Assembly: GCA_963790365.1 (NCBI GenBank)
Contig: CAWBOU010000052.1
Span: forward strand, 13,339 to 77,338
DNA length: 64,000 nucleotides
Reading direction: 5' to 3'
Source of the DNA: an uncultured delta proteobacterium
GTDB lineage: Bacteria > Desulfobacterota > Binatia > JACPRU01
In this document: positions 37,380 through 45,849 of the stretch, piece by piece
How positions within the stretch are numbered: the stretch's first letter is position 1
How the letters are laid out: each line of letters begins with the position of its first letter
Notes under the pieces: model-generated
Seen by the model: only the letters and a program-made list of their open reading frames with translations
Told to the model about the DNA's origin: nothing
Databases searched by the model: none
Position numbers and translations under genes: made by a program

Positions 37380-37420
37380 CTCACCCACCCGGGCTTTCGC
37401 CCGACCTCCCTGAGGGAGTA
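37380..37420 (+). repeat. ~40-nt hairpin repeat, copy 3 (variant with compensatory stem change)
   Basis: ctcacccacccgggctttcgcccgacctccctgagggagta, starting 4 nt after the ACAD stop. Confidence 0.85.
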
Positions 37421-37431
37421 AGGCGACTGAC

Positions 37432-38555
37432 ATGGACTTCTCGTTCACCGAAGAGCAGCGCGCGCTCGCCGAGCTCGCGGCGCAAGATCATGACCGACGA
37501 GGCGACGCTCGAGCGCCTGAAGGCGATCGAGCGGAGCGAGGAGGGCATCGACCGCGAGCTCTGGGAAGCGCTCGCCAAGGCGGGCCTCCTCGGCGCTTCG
37601 CTCCCCGAGGAGCACGGCGGCAGCGGCGGCGGATTCCTCGACGCGTGCCTCGTGCTCGTCGAGCAGGGGAAGCGCGTGCCGATGGTCCCGTTCGTGTGGT
37701 CGGTCGTCGCCGGCGCGATGCCGCTCGCGCGCTTCGGCTCGGCGGATCAGAAGGAGCGCTGGATCTCCGGCGTCGCGTCCGGCCAGACGATCCTGACGGC
37801 GCGCTCACCGAGGCGAACGCGGATCCGCGCGCGCCGGAGACACGCGTCCTTCGCGAAGGCGCGGGCTTCCGGCTCGAAGGCCGGAAGACTCGGCGTGCCG
37901 TTCGCGCACCTCGCCCGCGCGATTCTCGTGTCCGCGACGACGCCGGACGGAAACGTCGGCGTCTTCCTGATCGACCCGCAGGCGCCGGGCGTGACGTTCG
38001 AGCGACAGGAGTCGACGAGACTTCGAGCCGCAGGCGCGGATGGAGCTCCGCCGACGTCGGCGTCGGCCCGGAGGCGCTCGTCGGCACGATCTCCGGCGGG
38101 CGTGCGGTGCTCGATTGGATCGTCGACCGCACGATGGTCGCGCTCTGCGCAATCGTCGCGGGCGCGTGCCAGGAAGCTCGTGCGGCTGACGGCGGAATAT
38201 GCGTCCAATCGAAAGCAGTTCGACAAGCCGATCGCGATGTTCCAGGCGGTCGGCCAGAGGATGGCCGACTCGTACATCGACAACGAGGCGGTTTCCCTCT
38301 CGATGTGGGCGGCGGCGAGCCTGCTCGCCGAGGAGAGGCCGGCGCTGAAGGAAGTCGCGATCGCGAAGTACTGGGCCGCGGAGGGCGGCAGCCGCATCGG
38401 GCACGCCGGCGCTCCACATTCACGGCGGCATCTCGATCGACGTCGACTACCCGATCCACCGCTACTTTCTCTGGGTGAAGCAGATCGAGAACACGCTCGG
38501 CGCCGCGACGCCGGAGCTCGTGCGACTCGGCGCGATGATCGCCGCCGAGGACTGA
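37432..38555 (+). pseudogene. acyl-CoA dehydrogenase, about 6 frameshifts
   Basis: Starts MDFSFTEEQRALAELA. Later segments (GGFLDACLVLVEQGK; VGVFLIDPQAPGVTFERQ; RKQFDKPIAMFQAVGQRMAD; IHGGISIDVDYPIHRYF) are spread over all three frames. Confidence 0.75.
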
Positions 38556-38557
38556 CG

Positions 38558-39661
38558 ATGCAGTTCGCGCTCTTCTACGAGATCCCGGTCGCTCGACCGT
38601 GGGATGAGGGGAGCGAGCATCGCGCGTTTCGCAACGTGCTCGAACAAGCCGTTCACGCCGAGGCGTGCGGCTGGGATGCGTTCTGGACGGTCGAGCACCA
38701 CTTCCTCTCCGAGTTCTCGCACTGCTCGAACCCCGAGGTGCTCTACGGCGCCGTCGCCGCGCGGACGAAACGGATCCGCATCGGTTACGGCGTGCGCCTC
38801 ATGCCGGCGCCCTACAACCATCCGGTACGGACCGCGGAATCGGTCGCGGTGCTGGATCTCCTGTCGGACGGACGCGTCGATCTCGGCACCGGCCGCTCGT
38901 CGACCCGGGCCGAGCTCGAGGGCTTCGGCATCGATCCACACGAGACGCGTGCGATGTGGCAAGAGGCGATCGGTCACGTCGTCGGATGCTGGACGAACGA
39001 CGAGCACGAGATCGACGGTCGCTTCTGGAAGATGCCGAAGCGGCGCGTGCTGCCGAAGCCGCTCCAGAAGCCGCACCCGCCGATCTGGGGCGCGACGTCG
39101 AGCGACGACGGACACCGCCAGGTCGGCGCGCTCGGCATCGGGCTCTGCTCGTTCGCCGTCGGTGTCTCGCCGGAAGAGGTGAAGCGGCGGATCGACCTCT
39201 ATCGCGAGGCGGTCGCCGCCTGCGAGCAGTCGATCGGCCGCTTCGTGAACGCGCGCGCGGCGACGTTCTCGATGACCCTCTGCGCGCCGACGCGCGAGGA
39301 AGCGCACGCCGTCGCCCGCGAATCCTTCGAGTGGTACCCGAAGGCGGGCGCGCGCCAGATCGCCACGGTCGCCGAGTGGATGGCCGAGCAGAAGCGCGAG
39401 CTCGGCAACTACGACTACGCGGCGATGATGAAGGCCGCGGACGATCAAGGCGCCCTCGACCTCTTGAGCCTCGAATACCTGACGTCGACGAACGCGTGCG
39501 TGCTCGGCACCCCGGAGGATTGTCTCGCGACGTGCGAGCTCTACCGCGAGGCCGGCGTCGACCTGCTCCTCTGTCTCGTGAACCCGTACAAGATCCCGCA
39601 TGAGAGCGTGATGCAGACGATCGAGCTCATGGGGCGCCACGTGATCCCGAGGTTACGATGA
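38558..39661 (+). CDS. LLM class flavin-dependent oxidoreductase
   Basis: Intact 367 aa. MQFALFYEIP...FWTVEHHFLSEFSHCSNPEV...LDLLSDGRVDLGTGRS. Confidence 0.85.
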   Translation: MQFALFYEIPVARPWDEGSEHRAFRNVLEQAVHAEACGWDAFWTVEHHFLSEFSHCSNPEVLYGAVAARTKRIRIGYGVRLMPAPYNHPVRTAESVAVLDLLSDGRVDLGTGRSSTRAELEGFGIDPHETRAMWQEAIGHVVGCWTNDEHEIDGRFWKMPKRRVLPKPLQKPHPPIWGATSSDDGHRQVGALGIGLCSFAVGVSPEEVKRRIDLYREAVAACEQSIGRFVNARAATFSMTLCAPTREEAHAVARESFEWYPKAGARQIATVAEWMAEQKRELGNYDYAAMMKAADDQGALDLLSLEYLTSTNACVLGTPEDCLATCELYREAGVDLLLCLVNPYKIPHESVMQTIELMGRHVIPRLR

Positions 39662-40077
39662 GCGATGCGAACCGCACTTTCGTCCGGCGCTTCTGGGACG
39701 ACCTCTACGCGCACCGATTCGATCGGCTCGAAGCGTACTTCACGGACGACTGCGTCTACGACGACGTGCCGATTCCGGCCGCGAAGGTCGTCGGCGGGAA
39801 GGCGATCCGCTGGAAGCTCGAGGTCGGGCTCGGGAAGGTGCCGAGCCATCGCGAGGACGTCCACCGAGTCGTCGCCGACGAGACGACGGTCGTCACCGAG
39901 CACACCGAGCACTGGTGCTTCGACGAAGGCGTGGTTTCACTCCCCTTCGTCTCCGTGCAGGAGATCCGCGATGGCAAGATCTCGCGCTGGAGCGACTACC
40001 ACAACATCGACACGCTGATCGGCGGCGCGCCCGCCTGGTGGATGGAGCACGTGACGAGCGAGTGGACGAAGGTCTAA
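39658..40077 (+). CDS. SnoaL-like / limonene-1,2-epoxide-hydrolase-like protein
   Basis: 139 aa. NRTFVRRFWDDLYAHRFDRLEAYFTDDCVYDDVP. ATGA overlap with the LLM gene. Confidence 0.7.
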   Translation: MSDANRTFVRRFWDDLYAHRFDRLEAYFTDDCVYDDVPIPAAKVVGGKAIRWKLEVGLGKVPSHREDVHRVVADETTVVTEHTEHWCFDEGVVSLPFVSVQEIRDGKISRWSDYHNIDTLIGGAPAWWMEHVTSEWTKV

Positions 40078-40255
40078 CTGCGACCTTCGTCAAGATTCTG
40101 ACGCACACTCGCGTTCGAAGGTGGCACAAATCCGGCGCTCATGGCGTCGAGCTGTTTCGAATCGCAAGGAATTCGTGAGCTCCGCCGTCGGCCCGTCTCT
40201 TGCTCCAGGGCTCAGAGGGGACTGAACCCTCAAATACCGAGCGAAGGAGACTCTC

Positions 40256-40771
40256 GTGACGAAGTCTAGTTGGATCGTAACTCTGTCTTTGGCGGCCGTG
40301 ATCGGTCTCGCCAGCGCCGCTTCGGCGAAGACGCCGGTCGTGTGCGACGCGACATCCGTCGGCAACTCGAAGAAGGCGGTCGAAGCCGCCTGCCCGTGCG
40401 ACGGCCAGGTCGATCCCGCGACCGGTACCGTCGTACCGTGGAAGAACCATGGTCAGTACGTGAAGTGCGTGACGAAGGCCCGCAGGGCCCAGGGCAGAGC
40501 GAACGGCCTCGCCAAGCAGTGCTTGAACGCGGTCATGCCGTGCGCGGCGACGTCGGCCTGCGGCAAGTCTGGCGCCGTGGCATGCGTCGTGACGATCGGC
40601 ACGTGTCTCGATACGGACGGCGATCTCGCGGCCGACAGCTGCGACACGGATTCGTCGCCTTGCGTCGATGACGCCGGCTGCTCGCAGTCGCAGTGTCAGG
40701 TCGCGGATTCTTCCGCGGACTGCGCGGCGCTCGGTGGCACCGCGGTCGGCGTCGACTGCTGCGAACGATAA
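40256..40771 (+). CDS. secreted cysteine-rich protein, function unknown
   Basis: GTG start 8 nt after AAGGAG. Signal peptide MTKSSWIVTLSLAAVIGLASAASA. 16 Cys in a ~147-aa mature part, plus a DTDGDLAADSCDTD Ca-binding-like repeat. Confidence 0.65.
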   Translation: MTKSSWIVTLSLAAVIGLASAASAKTPVVCDATSVGNSKKAVEAACPCDGQVDPATGTVVPWKNHGQYVKCVTKARRAQGRANGLAKQCLNAVMPCAATSACGKSGAVACVVTIGTCLDTDGDLAADSCDTDSSPCVDDAGCSQSQCQVADSSADCAALGGTAVGVDCCER

Positions 40772-40783
40772 TCCACGAGAGGG

Positions 40784-40830
40784 AAACGACGAAGAGCGGG
40801 AGCCCGAGCGGGCTTCCGCTCTTCGTTTTG
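40784..40830. terminator. bidirectional rho-independent terminator
   Basis: 16-bp stem cgaagagcgggagccc / gggcttccgctcttcg (1 mismatch), loop GAGC, flanked by AAA upstream and TTTT downstream. Lies between convergent genes. Confidence 0.75.
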
Positions 40831-40840
40831 ACGACGCGCT

Positions 40841-41308
40841 TCAGCGCACCGCCGCTTGGGTAATCAGCTCCCGCCGTGCGCGGCGGTAGACCTGCCACGG
40901 GCTCGGGGTCCTCGGCGGCACCTCGAAGCGCACACGAACGACCCAGGGTACGGCGATCGCTCGACCTTCGATGCGGGCCGGCTCGTAGCGCCAGCGCTCG
41001 GCGGCGCGAAGAGCCGCGCGCGCGAACGGATCCGCGCCGTCGAGGACTTGCGGATCTCGGACCGATCCATCGGGGTCCACCACGAGGCGCAGGGTGACGG
41101 TCTCGCCGTCCTCCGTCGTCCCGGGATGCCGATGGGGATAGGCGGGACGCGCGTTCGTGGCCCACGGGATCGGGGCCTCGGCCCCCTCCGGCAGCGTGAG
41201 CGCAGGCTCGGCCCCGTGGGCGAGGCCGACGAAGGCATGGAAGAGGAAGAAGACGGCCGCCAGCGTCTGCAGCGGGAAAAAGGCAACGGCCTGGAGCAGG
41301 TTCTCCAT
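40841..41308 (-). CDS. TonB C-terminal domain protein
   Basis: N-terminal TM anchor, short Pro-containing linker, and a C-terminal domain PAYPHRH...GETVTLRLVVDPDGSV...PFARAALRAAERWRYEPA. Confidence 0.7.
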   Translation of the reverse strand: MENLLQAVAFFPLQTLAAVFFLFHAFVGLAHGAEPALTLPEGAEAPIPWATNARPAYPHRHPGTTEDGETVTLRLVVDPDGSVRDPQVLDGADPFARAALRAAERWRYEPARIEGRAIAVPWVVRVRFEVPPRTPSPWQVYRRARRELITQAAVR

Positions 41309-41411
41309 GATCGGGTTCCTCCCGATCGAGGGGCGCTAGCTTTCGTGGCGCTTTGCCACGGGCCCGGTTGGCCGAGCCCCTGGCAAAGTCAGATACCGGC
41401 CCGCCGCACCA

Positions 41412-43997
41412 TCAAAACTGGTAGGCGACCTCGAACCCGAAGGCGCGCTGCGGCGCCTGGACCAACGTCGCCGCGCCGAGCAGGGCGCTGACCGCGAAAC
41501 CGCTCGCGTAATACTCCTCGTCGAGGAGGTTGTTCACGAAACCGGTCACGCGCAGGTGGTCGTCGTGTAGCCACGTGAGCCGCGCGTTCACCAGGCTCAC
41601 GCCATCGATGAAGGAGCTGTCATAGTCGATCGCCTTGTCGTCGATGCCGGTGAACAGCTCGTCGCGGTAGTAGTACGCGAGGCGCGGCGCGAACATGCCG
41701 ACGGACGTGTCCCAGTGGTATTCCGCCGCGAGCGACAGCGTCATCTCCGGCACGAGCGCGAACGGCTCCGCGCTCCGATCCGCGACCCCCGAGCCCTGGC
41801 CCGGGATGACGATGGTGGTGAGGAACTCCTCGTAGCGCGCCCACGTGTACGCACCGCTCGCGTGGAAGAGCCATTCGTCGAGGAGCAGCGTCCCCTCCAT
41901 CTCCCCGCCGGTGACCTTCGCTTTGCTCGCGTTGGATAGGAACAGGAAGATGTCGGTGATCATCGGACCCTGCTCCGCGACCCGCACCTGGATGTCGTCG
42001 TAGCTCAGATGGTAACCGGCCCCGTTCAGGCGGAGCCGCTGATCGAGGAGGTCGGCTTTGATGCCGCCCTCGAAGTTCGTCACGGTCTCGGGGTCGAAGC
42101 TGACGAGCACGTCGCCGCGCGGCTCGAAGCCGCCCGCCTTGAAGCCCGTGCTGTATGTGACGTACGTGAGCAGGCTGTCGGCGTATCCTTCGATCCACGA
42201 CTCCGGCGCGTTCACCGAGAGCGTCACCGACGGCGTGAATTCGCTCCAGTTCTCCTCGCGGACGTCCGCCGACTCGTTGATGACGACCGGCAGAGAATCT
42301 GGGTTCTGGCCGATCAAATCGAACTGCGCGAGCGTGATCGGCGAGCAGAGGCCGGTCGTAGCGATCGGCACACCCTGCATTTGCGTGCAGAACGTGTTCA
42401 GGTCGACGTCGATCGTGTCGAGATCACGCGTGCGCTGCTCGTAGGTGTACCGGCCGCCCGCGGTGAGCTGGAGCCAGTCCGTGATGTCGTAGCTCGCCTG
42501 CGCGAAGAACGCGGCGCTGTCGTTGTCGAGATCGCTGCGCGTGCCGAGGAGCGTCGGAAACGGGATGCGGAACGTATCGTCGAGGAGACCGAGCTCCACC
42601 GGGACTCCGGCCATGCCGACGACGGTCGATGGGCGAATGCCGCCGATCCCGTTCGGGCCGACGAGCGTCGTGAACGGGAAGTCGCGCACCCGTTCCATCG
42701 AGCCGAACGCGCCGATGGTGTACCGCAGCTTGTCCCCGAAGGCGCTCGACTGCAGCCGCAGCTCCTCGCTGATCTGAAAGCGCTTCTCGTCCTCGGTCGG
42801 TTGGTTGTCTTCCTTTAGAGTCTGATTCAGCGCCCCCGTGCCCGTGCTGAGGATCGTGATCGCGGTCGCATCCTGGTCGTCGTTCCGGTCGATTCCCCAC
42901 CACGTGTTGAAGCCGGTCACGCTCTTCACGTCGAAGCCGGCGATCGCCCAATCCACGGTGAGCGCCAGGATCCCGCTGCTCATCTGGGTGAAGCTCGTGT
43001 CGGTGTTGAGCGACACCTCGTTGCGGTCCGCGAGCGCCTCGCTCCGCCGGCAGCCGTCCTCGAAGTCGTCTTGCGCCGGCCAGTCGACCTCCGCGAGATT
43101 CGAGGCGGGATTCTGAAAGATGCACGTGATCCCGGTGCCGCGCTCGTCCTGCCGGCTCCAGTAGCCGAAGACCTCCGCGGAGAGAGTGTCCGTCAGGTTC
43201 CAGACCCAGCGCGTGGTCGCGGCGATCCGGTCTTCGTCGCCCCAGTTCTTGTCGTCGAGCTCGTTCTCGAGGTAGCCGGTTTGCTTCGTCACGTTGACGG
43301 CGAACCGCGCGCCCATGGATCCTTCGACGAGCGGCACGTTGCCGCGGAGCGTGAAGTCGCGGCGCCCGAAGCTTCCCATCCGCAGGCCCACTTCGACGTC
43401 GTAGTCCTCGAAATCGGGCTGTCGCGTCGTGATCAGGATCGCGCCGCCCGTGGTGTTCTTGCCGAAGAGCGTACCCTGCGGGCCGCGGAGCACCTGAATG
43501 CTTTCGGTGTCGACCGTATCGAGGAGTTGCGCGTCCTGGCGTGGGATGAAGACGTCGTTGATGTACACGCCGACGCCGGGGTCGAGCACGGCGTTGCCCT
43601 CGCGCTGGCCGATGCCGCGGATGAAGATGGAAGGCGTCTTCGCGCCGCTCTCGCCGAACTGCAGGCCGGGCACGGATTGCTGGAGGTCGGTGATGTTGCG
43701 AACGCCGGCGTTCTGCAGATCCTCCGCGCTGAGGCCGGTCACGGCGACCGGCACGTCCTGCATGCTTTCTTCACGCCGCCGGGCGGTGACGATGATCTCT
43801 TCGAGGGTGGCGGACGGCCGCGCCCGGGGGGCAGGGGCCGTGACCGTGGCCGTTGCGTCGGTCGGGGCAGTCGCCTCCGGAGCCGTCGCCTCGGTCGGCG
43901 TCGCCGGCTCGGGCGACTCTTGCGCCCAACCCGCATCGCCGAGCCACACGGCGAGCGCGATCGTCCCTCCCCAGCTACGGATGAAGCTCCCGCCCAT
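41412..43997 (-). CDS. TonB-dependent receptor
   Basis: Start ATG 43997 with signal peptide. Plug motifs EEIIVTARRREE...VPGL, IRGIG and IQVLRGPQGTLFGKNTTGGAI. Terminal F (...FEVAYQF). 861 aa, intact. Confidence 0.9.
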   Translation of the reverse strand: MGGSFIRSWGGTIALAVWLGDAGWAQESPEPATPTEATAPEATAPTDATATVTAPAPRARPSATLEEIIVTARRREESMQDVPVAVTGLSAEDLQNAGVRNITDLQQSVPGLQFGESGAKTPSIFIRGIGQREGNAVLDPGVGVYINDVFIPRQDAQLLDTVDTESIQVLRGPQGTLFGKNTTGGAILITTRQPDFEDYDVEVGLRMGSFGRRDFTLRGNVPLVEGSMGARFAVNVTKQTGYLENELDDKNWGDEDRIAATTRWVWNLTDTLSAEVFGYWSRQDERGTGITCIFQNPASNLAEVDWPAQDDFEDGCRRSEALADRNEVSLNTDTSFTQMSSGILALTVDWAIAGFDVKSVTGFNTWWGIDRNDDQDATAITILSTGTGALNQTLKEDNQPTEDEKRFQISEELRLQSSAFGDKLRYTIGAFGSMERVRDFPFTTLVGPNGIGGIRPSTVVGMAGVPVELGLLDDTFRIPFPTLLGTRSDLDNDSAAFFAQASYDITDWLQLTAGGRYTYEQRTRDLDTIDVDLNTFCTQMQGVPIATTGLCSPITLAQFDLIGQNPDSLPVVINESADVREENWSEFTPSVTLSVNAPESWIEGYADSLLTYVTYSTGFKAGGFEPRGDVLVSFDPETVTNFEGGIKADLLDQRLRLNGAGYHLSYDDIQVRVAEQGPMITDIFLFLSNASKAKVTGGEMEGTLLLDEWLFHASGAYTWARYEEFLTTIVIPGQGSGVADRSAEPFALVPEMTLSLAAEYHWDTSVGMFAPRLAYYYRDELFTGIDDKAIDYDSSFIDGVSLVNARLTWLHDDHLRVTGFVNNLLDEEYYASGFAVSALLGAATLVQAPQRAFGFEVAYQF

Positions 43998-44093
43998 GCG
44001 CCATGCCTCCCTCGTACAGTTAACGGGAATTAATCTTGCGCGGCGGCGAGGATCAAGGGAAAACATCTCGGGATTCGGCAGGAGGAGGACGAG

Positions 44094-45831
44094 ATGCCTG
44101 CGTACGACCTGATCGTGAAGGACGGCATGGTCGTCGACGGTACCGGCGTCGCAGCCGCTACCGCGCCGACGTCGGCATCCGCGACGGGCGCATCGCCGCC
44201 GATCGGGCGCCTGAAGACGTCGGACGGCGCGGCGCGTGCTCGACGCGAGCGGCATGATCGTCGCGCCCGGCTTCGTCGACCTCCACACGCACTACGACGC
44301 GCAGCTCTTCTGGGACCCGTACCTGACGCTCTCCGGCTGGCACGGCGTCACGTCGGTCGTGATCGGCAACTGCGGCTTCGGCTTCGCGCCGATGCGTCCG
44401 GAGATGCGCGAGCGCGCGATGCTGACGATGACGCGCGTCGAGGCGATCCCGTACGAGTCGATGCGGCGCGGCCTGCCCTGGGACTGGGTCACGTATCCCC
44501 GAGTTCCTCGACAGCGTCGATCGGCAGCCGAAGGCCGTGAACGTGCTGCCGTACGTGCCGATCGCGCCGCTGCTCGTCTGGGTGCTGGGCTTCGAGCGCG
44601 CCAAGGCGGGCGAGCTGCCGACCGACGCCGAGCACGCCGAGCTTCGCCGACTCCTCCACGAGTCGATGGACGCGGGCGGCTGCGGCTGGTCGGCGCAGCG
44701 GCTTCATCCCGACGGACCGGGCGCGGTGCAGCGCGACTACGACGGCGGCCCGATGGTCACCGACGTGATGCACGACGAGACGGCGCTCGCAGTTCGCCGA
44801 GGTGCTCGCCGAGCGCAACGAGGGCTTCATGCAGATGGCGCTCGCGACCGCCGACGGCGCGCACGACTTCCAGCACATCGAGGAGCTCGCCGCGCGTAAG
44901 CGGGCGACCGCTCCTCTACAACGTCGTGCAGTCGTTCGTCCGGCTCCCCGAGGCGCACCGCACGCTGATCGCGTGGCTCGATCGTGCCGGCAGCGCGGCA
45001 TCCGCGTGTACGGCCAGGGCGTCACGACGACGGCGGCGTTCACCTTCACGTTCGAGGACTGGAACCTCTTCGACGACGATCCAGCCTGGCTCGACGCCAC
45101 GCTCGGCACGCACGGAGGAGCGGAAGGCGAAGCTCGGCGATCCCGGCACGCCGCGCAGCGCCTGCGCGCAATACGACTCCGGCATCGTCACCGCCTGCAT
45201 CGCGGACATCGTCGATCCTCGACGCGTTCACGCCCGCGACGAAGCCCTTCGAGAACATGACGATCTCGCGAGATCGCCGACGAAGACCGGCAAGCATCCG
45301 GTCGACGCGATGCTCGACGTCGCCGTCGCCGACGACCTGCGGACGGTCTTCTACGCCGAGCCGGCGAACGTGAATCGCGACTCGCTCCGCGAGATCATCG
45401 ACTACCCCTGGATCCTGCCCGGCGTGTCCGACGGCGGCGCGCACACGAAGTTCTTCACCGGCGGCCGCTACCCGACCGAGTTCATCTCGCCGCATCGTCC
45501 GCGAGGAGAGCATGTGCTCGCTCGAGCACGCGCACTGGCGGCTCTCCGCGCTGCCCGCGCACTGCGCGGGCTTCCAGGATCGCGGCACGCTCGCCGAAGG
45601 CGCGGCGGCGGACCTCGTCGTCTACGACTACGAGAATCTCGCGATGCCTGCCCGTCCGAGGTCGCGCACGACTATCCCGGGCGGCGAGTGGCGCCGCATC
45701 CAGCGCGCGCAAGCGGCTATCGCTTCGTCGTCGTGAACGGCGAGGTGACGATCGAGGAGGACCGTGAGACCGGCGTCCATTCCGGGCGCCTCTTGCGACA
45801 CGGCGCCGCGGGCCGGAAAAAGACTTCGTAA
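44094..45831 (+). pseudogene. N-acyl-D-amino-acid deacylase (D-aminoacylase) family amidohydrolase, many frameshifts
   Basis: YDLIVKDGMVVDGTG; ADVGIRDGRIAAI; APGFVDLHTHYDAQLFWDP...GVTSVVIGNCGFGFAP; later conserved blocks are scattered over three frames. Confidence 0.7.
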
Positions 45832-45839
45832 GTCTTTTT
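45817..45839 (+). terminator. AT-rich hairpin overlapping the amidohydrolase stop (terminator-like)
   Basis: aaaaagactt-cgt-aagtcttttt, a perfect 10-bp stem. The TAA stop lies in the loop/right-arm junction and a T-run follows. Confidence 0.45.
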
Positions 45840-45849
45840 CGCGGCCCGA

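Noticed and set aside
40078-40255. 178-nt lower-GC leader upstream of the Cys-rich gene as a riboswitch
   Set aside because: I recognise no known riboswitch consensus in it. It is kept only as part of the Cys-rich protein finding.
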